Below are positions 58,352-64,000 of a stretch of 64,000 nt of DNA, in pieces; positions within the stretch are counted from its first letter, which is position 1, and each line of letters opens with the position of its first letter. This DNA comes from Bacteroidia bacterium. Lineage in GTDB: Bacteria; Bacteroidota; Bacteroidia; Bacteroidales; UBA7960. The stretch is from NCBI GenBank assembly GCA_007695305.1, contig REEA01000064.1, forward strand, positions 6-64,005, given 5' to 3'. Below the pieces are notes generated by a model. The model saw only the letters and a list, made by a program, of their open reading frames with translations, was not told where the DNA came from and searched no databases. Both the position numbers and the translations under genes were made by a program.

Positions 58352-59233
58352 TTATACAGGATAGTTTTTGGCCGTAAGAATTTCCTGCATCTGCTGCTGG
58401 TAATGCATGGCCACACCCTTTGCTTTTTCAGAGAAGTCTTCATTTTTTGAGGCATATAAAATAGCCCTGGAAACATTTACCAGGATTCCGGCATCCTTTG
58501 TGAGTGTTTTTTCGGCAATTTGATGCAAGTCGCCGCCCTGTGTACCCACTCCGGGTATAAGCAGGAAGTGGTCGGGAATGATTTCGCGCACCTGGTCCAG
58601 CATATCAGGATGTGTAGCTCCGACTACAAACATGGTGTTCTCAGGATTACCCCACTTGCAGCTTTCTTCGATCACCAGTTCAAATAACTTTTTCCAGTAG
58701 CAGGTTTTAATGCCCAGTTTTTCAAGCAATGTGGGCAATTGTGGTTGCAAAACCTGGAAGTCGCTGGACCCGGGGTTTGAGGTAAGCGCCAGGATGATTG
58801 CCCATTTCCCTTTATAAGCGAGAAAGGGTTTCACGGCATCATGACCCAGGTAGGGATTTACTGTAACTGCATCAAAGCCCAGATGTTCGAAAAAAGCGCG
58901 GGCATACTGTAGGGAAGTATTACCTATATCAGCGCGTTTGGCGTCGGCAATGGTAAAAACAGGTCCTTCGGGGTGCTCTGCCAGGTATGCCATGGTTTTC
59001 TCCAGACTTATCCACCCTTTGCTTCCTCCGGCTTCATAAAAGGCAAGGTTTGGTTTATACGCTACCGCTGCACCAATTGTGGCATCAATGATCATACGAT
59101 TGAATGCAAAGACCGGATCATCGGGATATTTTTTTTGGATATGGACAGGAATACGTTTCGGGTCTGTATCTAACCCGACACACAGAAAAGACTTCTTTTC
59201 TTTGATCAATTGGATCAGTTGCTGCCTGTTCAT
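58352..59233 (-). CDS. pyrF: orotidine-5'-phosphate decarboxylase
   Basis: 'LCVGLD', 'YKPN.AFYE', 'DAKRADIGNT', 'PGVG.QGG'. Confidence 0.95.
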   Translation of the reverse strand: MNRQQLIQLIKEKKSFLCVGLDTDPKRIPVHIQKKYPDDPVFAFNRMIIDATIGAAVAYKPNLAFYEAGGSKGWISLEKTMAYLAEHPEGPVFTIADAKRADIGNTSLQYARAFFEHLGFDAVTVNPYLGHDAVKPFLAYKGKWAIILALTSNPGSSDFQVLQPQLPTLLEKLGIKTCYWKKLFELVIEESCKWGNPENTMFVVGATHPDMLDQVREIIPDHFLLIPGVGTQGGDLHQIAEKTLTKDAGILVNVSRAILYASKNEDFSEKAKGVAMHYQQQMQEILTAKNYPV

Positions 59234-59244
59234 GTTTTTGGTTT

Positions 59245-60318
59245 TCAGGAAACACCTTCTTTCAGTTTTTCTGCATTCTCGGCTACCTGCAGGGCATCGA
59301 TGATATTCATGATGTCACCGTCTATGATGGCCGATAAGTTATAAAGTGTTAGTCCGATACGATGATCGGTAACCCTGCCCTGCGGGAAATTATAGGTTCT
59401 GATCTTTGCTGACCTGTCTCCGGTTGAGACCATTGTTTTTCTTTTGGATGCAATCTCATCAAGGTATTTTTTGTATTCCATATCAAAAAGCCTCGACCGA
59501 AGCACCTTCATGGCCTTCTCCAAATTTTTGATCTGGGATTTTTGGTCCTGGCAAGATACTACGATACTTGTTGGGATATGGGTTAGGCGCACCGCAGAGT
59601 AGGTGGTATTGACAGACTGTCCTCCGGGACCGGATGCACAGAAAGTCTCCTTCTTGATATCACTGGTCTTCAGTTCAACATCAAACTCATCTGCTTCGGG
59701 CAAAACAGCCACGGTAGCAGCAGATGTATGCACCCTGCCCTGCGTTTCGGTCTGTGGCACCCTTTGCACACGGTGCACTCCCGATTCATACTTCAGGATA
59801 CCATATACACCATCGCCTGTAACATTGAAGATCACTTCCTTAAATCCTCCGGATGTACCTTCGTTCATATCCACCAGTTCTGTACTCCAGCCCTGCGATT
59901 CGCAAAACTTTAAGTACATCCTGTAAAGATCTCCGGCAAAAATCGCGGCTTCATCACCACCAGTACCGGCCCTTATTTCCACGATGGCATTCTTGTCATC
60001 CTGGGGATCAGAAGGAATCAGCAGAATTCGGATCTGCTCCTCAAACTCTTCCTGTTTTTGAAGCAATGCATCCACTTCTGCTTTGGCCATTTCTCTGAAT
60101 TCAGCATCTTTTTCACTGGCGAGCATCTCTTTGGCTGATGCAATATTATCAATCACATTTTTATATTCCAGGTAGGCATCCACAATAGGTTGCAGGTCTT
60201 TGTATTCCTTACTCAAACGGATATAGCGCTTCATGTCGTTCATCACATCCGGATCAGCGATAAGTTCTGCTACCTCTTCATGTCTCTGCTTGATAGCCTG
60301 TAGTTTTTCTAATAACAT
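59245..60318 (-). CDS. prfA: peptide chain release factor 1
   Basis: '[10 protein letters not shown]' (PxT), 'GPGGQ', 'IRTYN'; TAACTTTG promoter element at 60339-46. Confidence 0.97.
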   Translation of the reverse strand: MLLEKLQAIKQRHEEVAELIADPDVMNDMKRYIRLSKEYKDLQPIVDAYLEYKNVIDNIASAKEMLASEKDAEFREMAKAEVDALLQKQEEFEEQIRILLIPSDPQDDKNAIVEIRAGTGGDEAAIFAGDLYRMYLKFCESQGWSTELVDMNEGTSGGFKEVIFNVTGDGVYGILKYESGVHRVQRVPQTETQGRVHTSAATVAVLPEADEFDVELKTSDIKKETFCASGPGGQSVNTTYSAVRLTHIPTSIVVSCQDQKSQIKNLEKAMKVLRSRLFDMEYKKYLDEIASKRKTMVSTGDRSAKIRTYNFPQGRVTDHRIGLTLYNLSAIIDGDIMNIIDALQVAENAEKLKEGVS

Positions 60319-60370
60319 GTACAACGATTTTTGACATGCAAAGTTACAAAAAAAGAGGGCTGCAATTACA

Positions 60371-61540
60371 TCAGGAATATTCGATGCTTCCCTCAGGTCT
60401 GTAAATGGTAAGTTTTTTATTTTCAGCGGGCAGCACTTTCCCGACCTGTTTGGCATCCAGGTGGAAATCGGCACACAATGCAATCAGTTCATCAGCGGCC
60501 ACCGGGTCATCAAGATATACTTCAAAGCGATGCCCCATGTTGAACACCTGGTACATCTCGCGCCATGGAGCACCCGATTCTTTTTGAATATGAAGAAACA
60601 GCGGGGGAGGTTCAAACAGATCATCCTTTACTACATGCAATGAATCAATAAAGTGCAACACTTTTGTTTGCCCGCCACCACTGCAATGTATCATGCCCTT
60701 AACATGATTTCTGAAGGTTTTCAGCATTTTTGACACCACCGGGGCATAGGTTCTGGTGGGACTCAAAAGCAGCTGTCCGAGGTTGAGTGGTAATCCGCCT
60801 ATGGAGTCAGTCACTGATCCTGAACCGGCATAGACAATGCTTTCCTCCAAAGAGGCGTCAAAGGTTTCGGGATAGGACCGGGCGTAGTTTTTGTTTAAAA
60901 CATCGTGCCTTGCTGCGGTGAGTCCATTGCTGCCAATGCCGCTGTTGTAGTGGTTTTCGTATATGGTTTGCCCGAAGGATGCCAGGCCGACAATCAGGTT
61001 ACCGGCCGAAATCTGGTCGTTGGAAATGACTTCTTCTCTTGGGATGCGGGCAATAACGGTAGAATCCACAATTACTGTTTTCACAAGGTCGCCTACATCT
61101 GCCGTTTCACCGCCGGTGAGTACCATATGGATACCCAGGTCACGCATTTTTTGCAGGAAGTTTTCTGTACCGTTGATGAGTGCTGTTAATACATTACCGG
61201 GGATATTTTTTTTGTTTCGGCCAATGGTTGAAGAGACCAGGATGTTATTTGTGGCGCCCACACAGATGAGGTCGTCCAGGTTCATCACAACGGCATCCTG
61301 CGCTATTCCCTCCCAAACGGAAATGTCACCTGTTTCTTTCCAGTAGAGGTAAGCAAGTGATGATTTGGTACCGGCACCATCGGCGTGCATCACATTACAA
61401 AAGCGGGGGTCTCCACCCAGGTAATCGGGTACTATTTTGCAAAATGCTTTGGGATACAATCCTTTCCGGAGGTTCTGAATGGCTTTGTGAACATCCTCTT
61501 TTGCTGCAGACACTCCTCTTTGCTGATATCTTTCCATCAT
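60371..61540 (-). CDS. purM: AIR synthase (phosphoribosylformylglycinamidine cyclo-ligase, Bacteroidota type)
   Basis: 'Y.QRGVSA.KEDVH', 'HADGAGTK', 'GGETADVG', 'SNG', 'VFNMG'. Confidence 0.88.
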   Translation of the reverse strand: MMERYQQRGVSAAKEDVHKAIQNLRKGLYPKAFCKIVPDYLGGDPRFCNVMHADGAGTKSSLAYLYWKETGDISVWEGIAQDAVVMNLDDLICVGATNNILVSSTIGRNKKNIPGNVLTALINGTENFLQKMRDLGIHMVLTGGETADVGDLVKTVIVDSTVIARIPREEVISNDQISAGNLIVGLASFGQTIYENHYNSGIGSNGLTAARHDVLNKNYARSYPETFDASLEESIVYAGSGSVTDSIGGLPLNLGQLLLSPTRTYAPVVSKMLKTFRNHVKGMIHCSGGGQTKVLHFIDSLHVVKDDLFEPPPLFLHIQKESGAPWREMYQVFNMGHRFEVYLDDPVAADELIALCADFHLDAKQVGKVLPAENKKLTIYRPEGSIEYS

Positions 61541-63600
61541 TCACGTCGGGGTTCTGTTGACGGTTGCCTGCCGGGTTCATCGCCCGGATCAGGCGGTTCA
61601 TAATCCTCACGGATCACTCTGAATTCGGTTCGGCGGTTCAGCTGGTGAGCCACATCCTGATGTTCCTCGCCGGGCAGGTTTTCAATGAATTCTTCTGTTA
61701 GCACTGTGCCTGCTTCAAACAAGAAACCGTCTCTTTCAAAATCCCTGTCAACAATGCGTGGTCGTCTTTTACCATATCCGGCAGCTTCCAGTCTGTCGCC
61801 CTCAATACCCTGTTGCATGAGGTAGTCAACCACGGCCCGTGCACGACGGAATGACAGCGTGTCGTTGTACTCGTGGGTACCCCGGCTGTCGGTATGAGAT
61901 GCCAGTTCGATCACGATATTTGGATTATCATGCATGATCTCTATTAAGCCATTGAGGGAGTCTTTGAATTGTGGTTGAAGAGCCCAGCTGTCAAATTCAT
62001 ACAGGATTTCCGGAAGTTCAACAGCAGTAATAGGAATGGGTGCAATGGCAATTTCGAGTTCAAACTCCCTGCTCCTGTCAAGTCCCATGGTGGATACTGC
62101 ATCTCTTCCGGAAAAATACCCTGATTTATTCACCAGGATATCGTAGGTTGTATTTTCCTTCACAATATTTTCATCAAACAAGAACAGACCATCCCTGCCG
62201 GTTTCCATTTGTTCCAGTGTGCCGTCCGATCCGACCAGTTGCACGGTTGCACCTTGTACCACGGTTTTTGTACTGTCGTCGAGAACGATACCGCTGATAT
62301 TGAAAATCACCGGTGCCAGGTAGAAGGAGAAAATGTCGTAGGCTCCGGTACGGCCGCGGTTGGAGGTAAAAAAGCCCTGTTCCAGTCCCGGCTTGAATAT
62401 GATGCCAAAGTCATCGGCCGAACTGTTGATTGGCACACCAAGGTTTACGGGTTCCGACCACCCGTCGGTTGTCAGTGTTGCCCTGAATATATCCAAACCT
62501 CCCATGCCCGGATGGCCATCCGAAGCGAAGAGCAGGCTGCCGTCCTCGTGCACATAGGGGAACATTTCATTACCTTTTGTGTTTATGGTTTCTCCAAGGT
62601 TTTCGGGTGGCCCGAAATCACCATTGGGGGAGTTGCGGCGTACTACCCAGATATCTTTTGTACCAATGCTTCCCGGCATATCGGAAACAAAATAGAGCGT
62701 AAGATCATCGGGGCTGATGGCCGGATGCCCTACCGTTACGAGGCTGTCGTTGGTCAGGGGCACCAGCTGTGGATTTGTCCAATTGGGGCCTTCCCTGGTG
62801 GCCCGGTATATACGGCAGCCCATGTCGACATCTTCGGCTCTGACACACCGGGTAAAGAACATTTCCGTAGCCGACCTGTTGACTGAGGGGGCACCTTCAT
62901 TGAACTCGGTATTGACAGGGCCTTCGTCAAGCAGGCTGGGTCTGCTCCAGGCTCCGGTTCTGTCCTGAAAGGTGATAAAGAAGGAGGTATGCTTGTTGCC
63001 TGTCCAGGGATCTGTATCCCTGCCGAGGGCATCATCCCTTGAAGAAGCGTAAATCATGCTCCTTCCCCTGTGATCAGTGAAGGCCGGTGTGAGGTCATCG
63101 GCACGGGAGTTAAAAAGGCGGATAAATTCTACTTCATATTCTTCGGGTTTTTCCTTTAATTGGAGAGCCAGATCAACAGAGGCAACACCTCTTGGCCCTC
63201 TCCAGTCATCGGGTGCCTTTTCCGAATAACGCAGATACTGTGCCCTGGCTTCCTCATATTTACCGTTAAACATCATGGCGTCGGCGAGGTACAAAATCGC
63301 TACCGGATCGGGATAGTTAGCCCTTACCGCCCGGTTAAACCAACCCTCAGCCATGCGATGGTTATTGGTATATCGGTAACAAAGGGCGATCTGAAAAATG
63401 AGACGCGTGGCTTCTGTGCGGTCACGACGTCTTATGCGGTTGTAAGCCCTGCGATACAAATCTGCAGCTTCATCGTACTGCTTTAACTCAAAAGCACGTT
63501 CAGCGCGCTCCAAACGGCGGTTCTGGGAAAAAGCCTCATCCGGAACAAGCAACAAAAAAATAAAACAAGTTAACGATAGAAGCCTGAGAAGCCTATGCAT
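61537..63600 (-). CDS. TPR-PD40-OmpA family protein (PorE-like, T9SS-associated)
   Basis: N-terminal TPRs, PD40 repeats 'LYFVSD.PG..G.KDIW' and 'FASDGHPGMGGLDIF', OmpA 'SHTDSRG...YN..LS..RA' and 'NRRTEF'. Confidence 0.88.
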   Translation of the reverse strand: MHRLLRLLSLTCFIFLLLVPDEAFSQNRRLERAERAFELKQYDEAADLYRRAYNRIRRRDRTEATRLIFQIALCYRYTNNHRMAEGWFNRAVRANYPDPVAILYLADAMMFNGKYEEARAQYLRYSEKAPDDWRGPRGVASVDLALQLKEKPEEYEVEFIRLFNSRADDLTPAFTDHRGRSMIYASSRDDALGRDTDPWTGNKHTSFFITFQDRTGAWSRPSLLDEGPVNTEFNEGAPSVNRSATEMFFTRCVRAEDVDMGCRIYRATREGPNWTNPQLVPLTNDSLVTVGHPAISPDDLTLYFVSDMPGSIGTKDIWVVRRNSPNGDFGPPENLGETINTKGNEMFPYVHEDGSLLFASDGHPGMGGLDIFRATLTTDGWSEPVNLGVPINSSADDFGIIFKPGLEQGFFTSNRGRTGAYDIFSFYLAPVIFNISGIVLDDSTKTVVQGATVQLVGSDGTLEQMETGRDGLFLFDENIVKENTTYDILVNKSGYFSGRDAVSTMGLDRSREFELEIAIAPIPITAVELPEILYEFDSWALQPQFKDSLNGLIEIMHDNPNIVIELASHTDSRGTHEYNDTLSFRRARAVVDYLMQQGIEGDRLEAAGYGKRRPRIVDRDFERDGFLFEAGTVLTEEFIENLPGEEHQDVAHQLNRRTEFRVIREDYEPPDPGDEPGRQPSTEPRRE

Positions 63601-63715
63601 AAATGTATTCTGTTTCTGTTTACAATATTGATGACAATACCAGATTTTCAGATTCCGGATATACATTCATCGATTCAATAACGACGAAGAAAAAAAATAA
63701 TTGCAAGGAAGGCAA

Positions 63716-64000
63716 TCAAGTCTGCTCATCCTTTTTCTCATCATGATCACTTCTTCTGTACGGATAAGGGATCTCGTCCCCGGTACTGTCTTCACTTTCT
63801 TTTTCATCGGGTTTATCCGAAACCATTTCACCTTCATCTTCTTTATTTTCAGTCATTTTCTGAGCCTTTCCTGCCGGGCTTTTGTCTGCTTCGGGATCCA
63901 TCTCCTTAACCTCGTTCTCAATGGTGGATGAATATCGGTGGATTTCCGAATTGATCTCCCTCTGCACCTTTTTTACTTCATTCATGCCCCGGCCTACCAT
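63716..64000 (-). CDS. TatA/TatB-family translocase subunit, 5' end outside the window
   Basis: Amphipathic 'VGRGMNEVKK' followed by a charged low-complexity tail; the TM segment is not visible. Confidence 0.5.
   Translation of the reverse strand: MVGRGMNEVKKVQREINSEIHRYSSTIENEVKEMDPEADKSPAGKAQKMTENKEDEGEMVSDKPDEKESEDSTGDEIPYPYRRSDHDEKKDEQT

Noticed and set aside
17598-62886. Numerous long antisense or overlapping ORFs (e.g. 17598-18185, 32157-32828, 62209-62886)
   Set aside because: Shadows of well-supported genes with no independent motifs

Overview
This is a 64-kb, mostly core-genome window from a Bacteroidota (probably Bacteroidales-type) chromosome. The assignment rests on many TAnnTTTG promoter elements, T9SS genes (porQ, a PorE-like OmpA protein, a CTD cargo protein) and typical gene orders (nusB-yajC-ybbR-coaE, purM-prfA-pyrF, DUF1599/folP-cdaA). 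It holds about 57 genes and no rRNA, tRNA, CRISPR array or prophage that I could see. The first ~24 kb is more accessory. The most notable unexplained structure is: (1) two stand-alone LytTR proteins preceded by a 9-12-9 direct repeat and a full promoter, converging on a tandem-dCache protein with no output domain; (2) two inverted ~145-bp copies of a MITE-like element with TIRs and a probable 4-bp target duplication; (3) three ORF-less composite short-tandem-repeat cassettes with shared polarity, two of which also share end motifs; (4) a decayed IS66 that supplies the C-terminus of a Na+/glutamate symporter. All family calls come from motif recognition by eye; no database searches or folding programs were run.
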